Shown here: piece after piece, positions 46,129 through 55,768 of the stretch
How positions within the stretch are numbered: the first letter of the stretch is position 1
Layout: each line of letters starts with the position of its first letter
From: Escherichia phage vB_EcoM_LNA2
Length of the DNA stretch: 64,000 nucleotides
Sequence record: MZ311865.1
Direction: 5' to 3' (one strand)
Position numbers and translations under genes: made by a program
Notes under the pieces: model-generated
What the model was told of the DNA's origin: nothing
The model's input: only the letters and a program-made list of their open reading frames with translations
Databases searched by the model: none

Positions 46129-47285
46129 TCCGGGTACCTCAAAGCGTCATCAGAGTTAGTTATATCAATAATAGATATAGAGTTTTCTGATAACCCATTT
46201 TTAGATAACTGACGTTTATAATATCTTTCACAATATGTACACGTTGACCCACAGATTTCATTAGCACAATCGAAATCTGGATGTCTGAACCACCTTTTTT
46301 CTAAAAAGCCATCTAACAAAGAGGTTTCAATATTTACTGTATGTGAAAACTCAGTTTCGTTTTCAAGAGTGAAAATAGTCTCTAAAGGCTTCCACAGTTC
46401 TAACAAATTACCTTCAAACTTTTCAGAAGCGTATGCTTCAAGAACTTTCAAAATGTAGTCTGTGCTACCTGTACGTCCTGAAACTTTGAATTGAGTGATA
46501 CCAATATCATTATAAAGTTTCAAATCTTGAGGACGAACAAAACGAGTTCTCAACCAGTTAAATGGGTCTGTATCACGAGCTTTAATACAGTGCTGCATAG
46601 GATATCCGTTTAAGGATTTAGCATCATCAGCTGTAACATCAGTACTATGGAAAATATAGCAAGAGTCACGATAGCTACAATGTGTTGTATACCCTTTACC
46701 AGCATTAGAACAGAACTCATTTACAAGAACTTCAAATATTATATTGTTCTTATTACAAAACTCTGCTGCACGCTTCAGGAAAGAAACTGAACGGTTCTTA
46801 TGAATTCCACAGCAGACCTTTTTGATATTATATTGGTCGTGCAAGTATTTGATTTGAGTTACAGCATCGACATGTAGAATTGTTGAAACTTCAATCTCAA
46901 TGTCTTTATTGACTTCACGAACAATTTCCATAACAACAGGGTTAGCGATAGTAATACGCCATACGCCTATTGACCAAAGATACTGAACATAATCCTGAAT
47001 AGCTTTCTTCTTCCACTCAACTAGTTCTCTTTTTGAACCAGGATTTATCGTGTTGAGTGTATAGTTAAAGCAAATACCTAATTCGTTACAACGTTTAACG
47101 TAATCTTCTAACATCTTTTTGTCAACGTCAGGAAGCCTAAAATCAGGTCTGGCTGCTACAAAAGCCATTTCTCTTGTAGAGCCGTATACTTCGTTTATCA
47201 AGCTATTAGGATAAGTTTTATTGAGCTCTACGATTTTATCAAGAAGAGCTAAATCAAAATTCGTTCCGATTTTAAAAGTATTCAT
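46125..47285 (-). CDS. Cys-rich enzyme of unknown function (possible Fe-S/metal enzyme) in sugar cassette
   Basis: 386 aa; Cys clusters VCCGIHK, EFCSNAGKGYTTHCSYRDSC, C-terminal DCANEICGSTCTYC (CX3CX2C). Confidence 0.5.
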   Translation of the reverse strand: MNTFKIGTNFDLALLDKIVELNKTYPNSLINEVYGSTREMAFVAARPDFRLPDVDKKMLEDYVKRCNELGICFNYTLNTINPGSKRELVEWKKKAIQDYVQYLWSIGVWRITIANPVVMEIVREVNKDIEIEVSTILHVDAVTQIKYLHDQYNIKKVCCGIHKNRSVSFLKRAAEFCNKNNIIFEVLVNEFCSNAGKGYTTHCSYRDSCYIFHSTDVTADDAKSLNGYPMQHCIKARDTDPFNWLRTRFVRPQDLKLYNDIGITQFKVSGRTGSTDYILKVLEAYASEKFEGNLLELWKPLETIFTLENETEFSHTVNIETSLLDGFLEKRWFRHPDFDCANEICGSTCTYCERYYKRQLSKNGLSENSISIIDITNSDDALRYPE

Positions 47286-47343
47286 TTTTTTGCATCTCGC
47301 GTTAATTGATGCGATGGTTTTTTTGCAGGTCTTACTTAAATTA

Positions 47344-47745
47344 TTATAGATTCGGTTTATACGATTTAAATGTTTCGAATTCGCCTTTATTCATAAGAGC
47401 TTTGAATTCGTCAGGACGCATAGCTTTGTCGTCGATAATCCAATCATATACTGGTTTATGTGTTAGCAAATTATGGTACTTCAAGCCAATGTTTGCCAAG
47501 TTCTGAATCAGACTTGGGAGAATGTCAATTGCTATACGACCAGGACCTACTGACTTCATACCGCGAGCAGTGTAAAGCGTTATGGTATGCCCTGCATCAT
47601 ACAGAGCATTAATGGCAGACACCATTTCGGTGTCTGGTTTGAAGTTCACGTAATCACGATTGTTATTCCATTCCGTGATGCAATCATCGACATCAAAACA
47701 AAGATTAAGCATGTTTTCTACACGGTGCATTAGATTCGTTCCCAT
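47344..47745 (-). CDS. HAD-superfamily phosphatase (KdsC-like)
   Basis: 133 aa; motif I FDVDDCIT, motif II ITLYTARG, motif IV WIIDDK. Confidence 0.6.
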   Translation of the reverse strand: MGTNLMHRVENMLNLCFDVDDCITEWNNNRDYVNFKPDTEMVSAINALYDAGHTITLYTARGMKSVGPGRIAIDILPSLIQNLANIGLKYHNLLTHKPVYDWIIDDKAMRPDEFKALMNKGEFETFKSYKPNL

Positions 47746-49415
47746 TGATGAGTGATATCGCCACCGATTGGACGATAGGAAACACCAGTTTCTTTATCAG
47801 TTAGTACCCATTTACCAGGATTTTTTGTAATCAGAGTAGCCGTTACAGGTTCTGCTACGTCATAACTAATAGAGCCGTCTTGAAGTACACGGCCCATATT
47901 ACGTAATTGCTTAGTCAGAAGTTCCATACCTTTATAATATGCGGCTACCGCTTTAAGTGGATTATTCTTGAAATAACCACCTAATGCAATCCAGATAATT
48001 GCTACAGCCAAATGATGATACTCGTTAAACGAACTCATCTTTCCATATTTGTAAACTAGTGGATTGATGTTAATAGTCACATTACAAGTTGTTTCGTCAA
48101 TAGTAAACTGTCCCCAGGTCGGATTAGCGTTGAATTCATCATAACCTGAAACAGCATAAAGCACTTTAGCTTCATCGTACAATTTTGGCCCGTAAATCTT
48201 GGTTTCACCAAAATATCCACGAGGGTCGATAAACTTGACTTCGCCGTTATCAGTAATCATAGTATTACTGAAGTTCGGGTCGCCGTGAATAACAGAGTAC
48301 TGTCCCTGAGAACGGTTATGATAACGAATAAGGTGTTCTAAAGCTTGTTTCAGCATTGGCTTCAGACGTCCAATCTTAGTGTAGTTCACATGTGTGATTT
48401 TACCAAATGAATCAATCAATGGTTGAATGCTTTCACAACGATCAATAACTTTCGTATAGAATTCTTTAGTGAAATCACGACGAACAGTTTCAGGACTTAC
48501 AAAATAAGTGTCTGTGCTGAATTTCAGTGCATCTAAAATTGCACCAACAATTTGTGGACGAGCAAGACTTGATTTGGATTTAATATATTCAAATGCCGGC
48601 TTACCTTTAATGCGTTCCATTTCAAAGTTATTTTCATTAACAGAAACTAACTGAGGGACTGAATCTGATTTCACTTTAAGATACCATGAAATCTCATCTT
48701 TCTGAAGAGCTCGACCCTGTTCGGTTAATGCGAATTTAGTTACAGTTTCTTCACCAATTTCAACTGCATTAAAACTACGATTAAGTTCACGAACTTCATG
48801 AGCTTTTTCAAGTTTAGGCATATCACCTAAATCAATTAGATTCATAAGCTCTGATTTATTGAATGTGCTGCCGTAAAGGAATTCTACGAAATCACGTCCT
48901 TTGCAGTATTCATGAATTTCCTCATCAGTAGAACCCATATAGAATTCCCAGTCTTTGAACTGATAAATTCCTACAACATTACCACCTGTTGAACCTACGT
49001 TAGTGATATTTTCACCGTCGAAATTATATCGACATTCGTCACCCTTAACATAGATTGCGTTAACATTCCAAGACCATGAACCAAAATCGGGAATAATATC
49101 ACACCAGTTAACAATTACGTTATGGCCGTCTAAATCTTTGTGTAATTTAGCAAGAGCATAAGCAGAACCATACGCTTCATCAACTGTACGAATAGTCACA
49201 TTGAACTCTTCTTGCTCACAATAAGCTCGAACAGTTTCAGCAAATTTTGAATGAACTACTACAATAATTTCATCTGCGCCAAGGTCAGAATAAATTGTAT
49301 ACAAATTGCTCAGAATAGTGTCTTGTTTATAGTTAACAAGCACCTTAGGAATATGATGCGTTATTGGATACAAACGAGTTGCTAATCCAGCACCAAGAAT
49401 AACAGCTTTTTTCAT
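47730..49415 (-). CDS. bifunctional sugar-1-phosphate nucleotidyltransferase / anomeric sugar kinase
   Basis: 561 aa; N-term KAVILGAGLATRLYPIT (RmlA/GalU-type); C-term VIHGDPNFSNTMI...FIDPRG (APH/choline-kinase-like catalytic loop). Confidence 0.65.
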   Translation of the reverse strand: MKKAVILGAGLATRLYPITHHIPKVLVNYKQDTILSNLYTIYSDLGADEIIVVVHSKFAETVRAYCEQEEFNVTIRTVDEAYGSAYALAKLHKDLDGHNVIVNWCDIIPDFGSWSWNVNAIYVKGDECRYNFDGENITNVGSTGGNVVGIYQFKDWEFYMGSTDEEIHEYCKGRDFVEFLYGSTFNKSELMNLIDLGDMPKLEKAHEVRELNRSFNAVEIGEETVTKFALTEQGRALQKDEISWYLKVKSDSVPQLVSVNENNFEMERIKGKPAFEYIKSKSSLARPQIVGAILDALKFSTDTYFVSPETVRRDFTKEFYTKVIDRCESIQPLIDSFGKITHVNYTKIGRLKPMLKQALEHLIRYHNRSQGQYSVIHGDPNFSNTMITDNGEVKFIDPRGYFGETKIYGPKLYDEAKVLYAVSGYDEFNANPTWGQFTIDETTCNVTININPLVYKYGKMSSFNEYHHLAVAIIWIALGGYFKNNPLKAVAAYYKGMELLTKQLRNMGRVLQDGSISYDVAEPVTATLITKNPGKWVLTDKETGVSYRPIGGDITHQWERI

Positions 49416-49456
49416 GTTGTGGTCCTCATTGGTAAGTAGGTGTATTGTACACTATT

Positions 49457-49600
49457 CTAGTTAAAGCATTCATACTTTGCTTGTAGTCCAATCATAATCC
49501 ATCCAATTACAAGTGTTGGAATCATTACTGGAGCCGTTAAGCTCCAGTAGATAGTCATGGCAAGCATCAATAGTAAAAGTCCTATTGTTATTGCTTTCAT
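49457..49600 (-). CDS. small membrane protein (47 aa) inside sugar cassette
   Basis: Hand-translated MKAITIGLLLLMLAMTIYWSLTAPVMIPTLVIGWIMIGLQAKYECFN; start overlaps SIS gene stop. Confidence 0.3.
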   Translation of the reverse strand: MKAITIGLLLLMLAMTIYWSLTAPVMIPTLVIGWIMIGLQAKYECFN

Positions 49601-50232
49601 TGTTCGCCTCGTAACATGGCACCTAGTGCACCGCCTGGATGGAACTTAAGGAAGTCATTAGAGGTAAATCCACGTTCAGACGAAAGGTTGATAGCAAACG
49701 TATCGATAAGCGCTAACAACAATGTAGTGGACATAGTCGGAGCCAGAGAATTCTCATCAACCTCTACCGCGATGCCTGTACAGAAAGAGTAATCAAAAAG
49801 GGCTTCATTTTCTTGTGGAATGTCTGGGTTACAATGCAACAGAATCTGTTTGACGTTCGGTCGAATCATTTTAAGATGCTTAGCCACGCCTATCATTTCT
49901 TCAGTTTTACCAGAACGACTAATATGAATCAACACATCATTAGGCGCAATGAATCCTGCATCACCGTGAGAATAATGCCCAGTGTTCAAGTACATACTCG
50001 GGATACCGAGTGAAGCAAATGTCTCAGAAGCTTTAGTTGCAATATTAGCATTCTTACCAACACCTGTAATAATTACTCGGCTTTCATAATTACTAAGTCC
50101 CGGGCGTCGAAGAGTTTCTAGAATAGCATTATAACGAGCAGGGTTTTGACTAATTACTTTGGCCATAGCGGCCAAAGAAGAAGCTTGTTTTATGATTGCG
50201 TCAATAGCGATAGTAATAGGAGTAGTTTTCAT
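49597..50232 (-). CDS. SIS-domain sugar-phosphate isomerase (KdsD/GutQ-like arabinose-5-phosphate isomerase, no CBS domains)
   Basis: 211 aa; VIITGVGKNANIATKASETFASLG...LIHISRSGKTEE resembles SIS domain of API. Confidence 0.65.
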   Translation of the reverse strand: MKTTPITIAIDAIIKQASSLAAMAKVISQNPARYNAILETLRRPGLSNYESRVIITGVGKNANIATKASETFASLGIPSMYLNTGHYSHGDAGFIAPNDVLIHISRSGKTEEMIGVAKHLKMIRPNVKQILLHCNPDIPQENEALFDYSFCTGIAVEVDENSLAPTMSTTLLLALIDTFAINLSSERGFTSNDFLKFHPGGALGAMLRGEQ

Positions 50233-50272
50233 ATTTCTCTCATTTAATTAGTTTACCGTCCATGGCATTATA

Positions 50273-52984
50273 TCAAAAATCGAACATATCGAACAGAGAT
50301 GCTTTCTTCTCGTAATCGAGTTTCGCTGCTGATGTGAATCCTTCAAGTGGTTTAATAAATGTCTTCTCAAGGAGAACAGTGTAGTCCATCCAATGAAGTA
50401 CATCGTCTTTAATTAAATCTGTGATTTCAGTACCAGAAGGCCATGCGATACATTTATCACCGAATGGGTTTCCTTCACGTAAAGGCAGAACATATACTTT
50501 TTCACCTTCTACAACTTGTGGTGCATCGATATTACCTTTGATAGCCCGGTTATACGTCAGAATTCCACGAATATGGAACGGGCATTTAGGACCAGGGAAT
50601 CCACCGACGTCATATTTAGCAATGTTATTCGCAGAAGATACCGACGCGATGCTAATATAATTCAATTGACGGAATTCTTTTTCAAACTCTTTAAAATATT
50701 CTTGTAATGATTCTTCACCTTCTTGAAGCATACGACGAATACATTCTTTAAGAGCTTTCTGTACTGCTTTAGGAGTCGAAGATTTCTGAGTCTCTAGACC
50801 CATGATTTTGAGTTTAGGCTCAGCGTAACGAGTACCTTCCATATCCCACACGTTTAATGCATAACGTTTCTTACCAGTCCAAAATCCGCCAATACCTTTA
50901 GAACCGAGTGGAGGCCCAGCGATAGCTTCTCGGTCCATGAACATTAAGTGTTGTTTATTGTTCATGTATTCACACATTTCACGGAAACCTCTATCAATAG
51001 CAGGTTCCATACGTTCATGTGCAAACTTATCTAAGAAGTCTACCCAATGGTTGGTATCACGGAATTTAGATTCACCAACCTTATCAATAATTTTATCTGC
51101 AGATACGTAAATGGAGTCTGTATCACCATATAGAACGAAAGCTTCACCTTCTGTACCACAAACTTCATTCAGATATTCATTAACTTTACGTTCAATCCAC
51201 TGTAAAGCCATTTGCCCGAATGTTGTGATTGCAGTAGCATTACGCAAATCATAATAACGGAACCAAACGTTTCCAAGTGCACCATAAAGCGAGTTGATGA
51301 GCAATTTACGGTTAATCTGTGCAGTCATACCTGCAACTTCAGTACGTTGAGCTCTAAACAACATTTCATTAAGAGATTTAGCAGACAACTTTTTAATCTT
51401 TTCTTTAATCTCGTCAGTGAAGTCGAAACGATAATCAACATCTAATGGTTCGTCAACAGAAAGATTAGGATTATGCAATGCCTCTTTAATTATTTCACCA
51501 TTACGTTGAGCTGCAAGCATGTAACCTTTATGTTCTTTACGTTGATTAAAGACCTTAGTGATTTCAGTTGGAACTACACCATCACGGTCTTTATAATACA
51601 TCATGCCGTTAGGAGAACAACTGTACACATCAGAAGGACGTTCAGCAACAGCGTTAATATAATCATGCAATGGAGCTACTTTAAACGTTCCTGCTATTGT
51701 TTCTGGGCTAATATTCACTTGGCGAATGATGCTTGGATACAGAGATGTAAGGTCGAAACTCATTACATATTTGTATCGATTTGGAATAGGTTCCTTAACA
51801 AAAGCGCCAGGATAAGGTTGAACCGGGTGAGAACGACCTTGTGGAATCACCTTGTTCTGCTCTTTAAGGCTATTAAAAATAATAGCATCCCATGTTTTAA
51901 TTGGACTAAACACAGATTGAATCTGTATCTTAGCATAATAACCCATGTCCAAACTCAAGTTGATGAACTGACGCTTAGCATCAATTTGCAATACACGATA
52001 CACGTCGATAATGTTATAAGAAATATATCGTTGGTGATTGCTTTCACGAAGCTTAGAAATAGGGCCGTCATATTTCAGTTTACCAACGTTCAATTCAAAT
52101 TCTGAAATGTAATCCAGAGAATACGACGGTTGATTGGTAAAAGAGAATTTTTTGTAAAGGTCAATGTAATCAAGAACAGAGATACCGAACAATGTAATGA
52201 TTTCACGAGAACCATACATGTTTTCGATAACTTTAACACGAGTTTTACGATGTGGTGATAAACGTTTCGCAGTAGATTCGCCAAAAATATTCTTGATTCG
52301 GTTATACACATATGGAATATCAAATGACTCAACGTTCCATCCAGTCAAAATGACAGGAGTTTTCTGTTGCCAGAAGTTGAGATATTCCATCAACAATTCT
52401 TTTTCGTTATCGAACGGCATATAAATGATTTTATCGATAATTTCAGATGGAACTTCATCACCACCTTGTTCTTGAAGTTTAGCAGCGATTTCAATAGACC
52501 ATTCTTCTACATTACCGTATGGAGAATTCAATAGATCAAATACGTAGAACCTGTCGTCAATTGAGTCATAATGGGTGATAGCATCAATCGGATGTTTTGC
52601 TTGTGACGGCTCAGGGAACCCATCTGGAGATGTTACTTCGATGTCGAAGTTAGCCACACGAATTTTTGTATGGTCGTATTTGATTTCATAGTTATAAGTG
52701 TCAGACAAATACGCCAATTTGAAATCGTCCATGCCAAGTGCTTCAAGTCCGATATCTTCCATGCGTTTAATCCATTGGGAGGCATCACGCATATTAGCGA
52801 ACAACTTACGAGTACACGGCTTACCGTAGATATCGAAATATTTCGTAGCCTGACTTTCCGGACAATGAGCAAACAGTGATGGTTTATATTCTACTTCACG
52901 AGTACGTTCACGGCCATTAGAATCGATGTAACGTTCAAAAATTGAATCACCAATCTGTTCAACCGTTAAGTAAAATTCTTTCAT
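50273..52984 (-). CDS. 43: DNA polymerase gp43 (family B)
   Basis: 903 aa; MKEFYLTVEQIGDSIFERYIDSNGRERTREVEYKPSLFAHCPESQATKYFDIYG... matches recalled RB69 gp43; exo DIE and pol YGDTDS motifs. Confidence 0.95.
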   Translation of the reverse strand: MKEFYLTVEQIGDSIFERYIDSNGRERTREVEYKPSLFAHCPESQATKYFDIYGKPCTRKLFANMRDASQWIKRMEDIGLEALGMDDFKLAYLSDTYNYEIKYDHTKIRVANFDIEVTSPDGFPEPSQAKHPIDAITHYDSIDDRFYVFDLLNSPYGNVEEWSIEIAAKLQEQGGDEVPSEIIDKIIYMPFDNEKELLMEYLNFWQQKTPVILTGWNVESFDIPYVYNRIKNIFGESTAKRLSPHRKTRVKVIENMYGSREIITLFGISVLDYIDLYKKFSFTNQPSYSLDYISEFELNVGKLKYDGPISKLRESNHQRYISYNIIDVYRVLQIDAKRQFINLSLDMGYYAKIQIQSVFSPIKTWDAIIFNSLKEQNKVIPQGRSHPVQPYPGAFVKEPIPNRYKYVMSFDLTSLYPSIIRQVNISPETIAGTFKVAPLHDYINAVAERPSDVYSCSPNGMMYYKDRDGVVPTEITKVFNQRKEHKGYMLAAQRNGEIIKEALHNPNLSVDEPLDVDYRFDFTDEIKEKIKKLSAKSLNEMLFRAQRTEVAGMTAQINRKLLINSLYGALGNVWFRYYDLRNATAITTFGQMALQWIERKVNEYLNEVCGTEGEAFVLYGDTDSIYVSADKIIDKVGESKFRDTNHWVDFLDKFAHERMEPAIDRGFREMCEYMNNKQHLMFMDREAIAGPPLGSKGIGGFWTGKKRYALNVWDMEGTRYAEPKLKIMGLETQKSSTPKAVQKALKECIRRMLQEGEESLQEYFKEFEKEFRQLNYISIASVSSANNIAKYDVGGFPGPKCPFHIRGILTYNRAIKGNIDAPQVVEGEKVYVLPLREGNPFGDKCIAWPSGTEITDLIKDDVLHWMDYTVLLEKTFIKPLEGFTSAAKLDYEKKASLFDMFDF

Positions 52985-53044
52985 TTAATTTCCTTTAGAC
53001 GAGTTATTGTCTTTTGTTTGTTGATGAACTTATTATACTCCAAA

Positions 53045-53060
53045 TGGGACCGAAGTCCCA
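53045..53060 (-). promoter_or_regulatory. UUCG hairpin between regA and gene 43 (terminator and/or gp43 translational operator element)
   Basis: Plus TGGGAC-CGAA-GTCCCA; lies 61 nt upstream of gp43 ATG on minus strand, followed by TATAAT-like box. Confidence 0.4.
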
Positions 53061-53065
53061 TTGCT

Positions 53066-53434
53066 TTAATTACCAATTGTATATTTTGCTTTCAAAGTCC
53101 AGTCATCTTTCTGTTTAAAAGAGATGACACGGAAGTTATTAGTCAGGCCAAACAGATCTTCACGAGCAGAGTCTTCAATAACAATCAAGCCCCAGTCTTC
53201 AAGCAACTGAGCAATCGAATCACGTCGCTGATAGTCTTCACCATCAATATCAACCTGCCGTCCATCCATACGCAACATTTCTTTAAAGTGGACGATGTAG
53301 TATTTACCTTGCTTTTGGAGGATATGACAGGACTGATAAAGGACTTTATCCTTGTTATTAGCGATGCCCATACGGGTCAGAGTCTCTTTGACTTTCAGAA
53401 AATCTTCGGGGTTCTTCAATTTAATTTCGATCAT
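53066..53434 (-). CDS. regA: translational repressor RegA
   Basis: Track ORF 53066..53443; start ATG 53432-53434 gives 122 aa MIEIKLKNPEDFLKVKETLTRMGIANNKDKVLYQSCHILQK... matching recalled T4 RegA. Confidence 0.85.
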   Translation of the reverse strand: MIEIKLKNPEDFLKVKETLTRMGIANNKDKVLYQSCHILQKQGKYYIVHFKEMLRMDGRQVDIDGEDYQRRDSIAQLLEDWGLIVIEDSAREDLFGLTNNFRVISFKQKDDWTLKAKYTIGN

Positions 53435-53436
53435 TT

Positions 53437-54000
53437 TTACCATTCCAATGCTAATTTTTTAAATTGTTTTTGTTCTTTCACATTTTTTGTAACTTCTTTG
53501 AGAAACTCATCAGTGACCATGGCCTTCAGTTCTTTAAGGACTATTGGCAACTTGTTATTTTTTTCAAGGAGCCGCTTATACTCGGTAGCATCATTCATGT
53601 TGATTGTGTAATGTTTCATCAACAGTTTGATAACTAGTAACTCTGAAGTGTCTTCGACTAGTTTAGCCCATTTAGAGAATCGACGACCACGCGGAATTGC
53701 CGCCATCATATAGTTGAAGTGCGCTTCATCACTTAATTCAGAACCGACTAAGTTCATCATGTAAACAGCTGGCATACATTCTGGGAACTGGGATAATGAG
53801 TTCTCAACCATAAATTTTGAATAGTCGACCTGAGCAATTGACATAGATTTCTTTTCATTAATAGCATTAATGATTTTAAAAAATTCATTCTCAGGTTTTT
53901 CTTTAAACATATCAGCACATTTTTGAATCGCATCAGCGTCATTAGACTTCCATGCAATTTGGTGCTCGTTAAGCTGGACGTCATCATCAAATAAGTTCAT
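53437..54000 (-). CDS. 62: clamp loader small subunit gp62
   Basis: 187 aa; position between 44 and regA. Confidence 0.85.
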   Translation of the reverse strand: MNLFDDDVQLNEHQIAWKSNDADAIQKCADMFKEKPENEFFKIINAINEKKSMSIAQVDYSKFMVENSLSQFPECMPAVYMMNLVGSELSDEAHFNYMMAAIPRGRRFSKWAKLVEDTSELLVIKLLMKHYTINMNDATEYKRLLEKNNKLPIVLKELKAMVTDEFLKEVTKNVKEQKQFKKLALEW

Positions 54001-54001
54001 A

Positions 54002-54964
54002 TTATTTCCAAGTCAGTTCGCAGGTCAGTTGAAGAAGCATATACATAACATGTAATTCAATATTACTTGCTAATCCATGAAACTTATTATTTTCGCCTGC
54101 AATTTCATAAAGCGAAATAATACTTTTACCAGGTGCAACTTGGTCATAACATTCTGAAACTAATTTATCGATGAACCATGAATAATCTGCGGCATATTTT
54201 GGAGCTAATGCACGAAGCTGTTTGATATCTTTATTTTTCATTGCTTCTATGACATCATCTACTGTGCCACGATCATTGGTCACAATCGACAAAATACCTG
54301 CGTCAAGAACACCTTTAGACGAGTACTGGTCTAATTGACCAATTGTACGACGAAAGTCCGGGAAGTTCTTTTTAACCAGAGCTGCAACAACTTTCATATC
54401 AGCGATTTCGATATTTTCGTTCTTACAGATTTCAACCATACGATGAATCATTTTCTTCATCATCGAGATTTTATCTTCTTCGGTTGGACGTCCGAATTCG
54501 ATAACTCGACAACGACTACGTAATGGTTCAATAATTCCATCGATGTTGTTAGCAGTAATAATAATAGAACAGTTACTAGAGAATTCTTCCATGAATGTAC
54601 GAAGGTGCCGTTGTGATTCGGCGAGGCCACTACGGTCAAATTCATCAATAACAATAACTTTAGGCTTGCCTTCCATTGAGACTGAACGAGCGAATGCAGT
54701 TAACGGACCACGTACAAAATCAATTTTACAATCAGAACCGTTGACGAACATCATTTCAGCGTTGATATCGTTACATAATGCTTTTGCTACGGTTGTTTTA
54801 CCGGTACCAGGAGATGGAGAGTGCAAAATAATATGAGGAAGTTTTCCTTTAGATACTAAAGACTTGAATGTTTCATGGTCATACGCAGGCAGAATACATT
54901 CGTCAATGGAAGAAGGACGATATTTCTGTTCTAGAATGTGCTCTTTGGAATTGATAGTAATCAT
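54002..54964 (-). CDS. 44: clamp loader large subunit gp44 (AAA+)
   Basis: 320 aa; [29 protein letters not shown]...[10 protein letters not shown] matches recalled T4 gp44. Confidence 0.9.
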   Translation of the reverse strand: MITINSKEHILEQKYRPSSIDECILPAYDHETFKSLVSKGKLPHIILHSPSPGTGKTTVAKALCNDINAEMMFVNGSDCKIDFVRGPLTAFARSVSMEGKPKVIVIDEFDRSGLAESQRHLRTFMEEFSSNCSIIITANNIDGIIEPLRSRCRVIEFGRPTEEDKISMMKKMIHRMVEICKNENIEIADMKVVAALVKKNFPDFRRTIGQLDQYSSKGVLDAGILSIVTNDRGTVDDVIEAMKNKDIKQLRALAPKYAADYSWFIDKLVSECYDQVAPGKSIISLYEIAGENNKFHGLASNIELHVMYMLLQLTCELTWK

Positions 54965-55039
54965 GTAATTTTCCTCATTATCATTAAACTGGAGGATTTC
55001 TCCTCCATAATCGTATCACAATAAACGTAAAGCTTTGAC

Positions 55040-55726
55040 TTAGAAGTCGTGAGTAGAATCGGCTTCCATCGCAATAACATAACTTACTTGAGAGCTTTCA
55101 AACTTAGCTGCAACTTTATCACCAGCTCCCCACAACATTACTTTATAGTTACCTGGCTGGATTTTCATATTAGCCATATTGATTACGAAGTTAAAGTTGT
55201 TAGAACCATCATAATCGGTAAGAGTCAAAGAATACTTAGGACGAGTTAGTCCAGAATCTTCAACTTTATTGTAGCCATTGATAACAATTTTACCATCTTT
55301 ATTTGTAATAGCAATTGTATCAATCTGAAGACCACGTGAAACTCGAAGCAATTGTTGAAGGTCTTCGGCTTTAATTTCAGTAATCACAGAAGCCACTGGG
55401 AATTGAATTGGCTTATTAGGAAAAACAATGGTGCTCTTGTCGGCAGCAGGCCAATAAACTGTAGAACGTGTATCTGCAATTTTAATATTGCCATCAGTAT
55501 GCATTGAAATTTCGGCATCATCAGACACTAGACTCAAAATGCTTAAGAAGCTATTCAAATCATAAAGTGCTACGTCAAAATCAATTTCATCAGAGATATT
55601 TGCTTCCGCATAAGTGGTGCCATTAACTGCACGAGTCATAATAAATTTACCTTGACTCAGCAGAATACCGGAGTTAATAGAGGCAAAGTTTTTCAGAATA
55701 GCGATAGTATCTTTAGACAGTTTCAT
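55040..55726 (-). CDS. 45: sliding clamp gp45
   Basis: Track ORF 55040..55741; start ATG 55724-55726 gives 228 aa MKLSKDTIAILKNFASINSGI... matching recalled T4/RB69 gp45. Confidence 0.9.
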   Translation of the reverse strand: MKLSKDTIAILKNFASINSGILLSQGKFIMTRAVNGTTYAEANISDEIDFDVALYDLNSFLSILSLVSDDAEISMHTDGNIKIADTRSTVYWPAADKSTIVFPNKPIQFPVASVITEIKAEDLQQLLRVSRGLQIDTIAITNKDGKIVINGYNKVEDSGLTRPKYSLTLTDYDGSNNFNFVINMANMKIQPGNYKVMLWGAGDKVAAKFESSQVSYVIAMEADSTHDF

Positions 55727-55768
55727 TTTATTTCCTTTCAAGACAATTCAAAGTTTATAACAAATTTA

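Noticed and set aside
51473-52105. Plus-strand 210-aa ORF antisense to DNA polymerase gene
   Set aside because: Low-complexity, Cys/Phe-rich antisense translation of a conserved polymerase region; no RBS
53018-53611. Plus-strand 197-aa ORF antisense to regA and gene 62
   Set aside because: Antisense to two conserved genes; hydrophobic, low-complexity product
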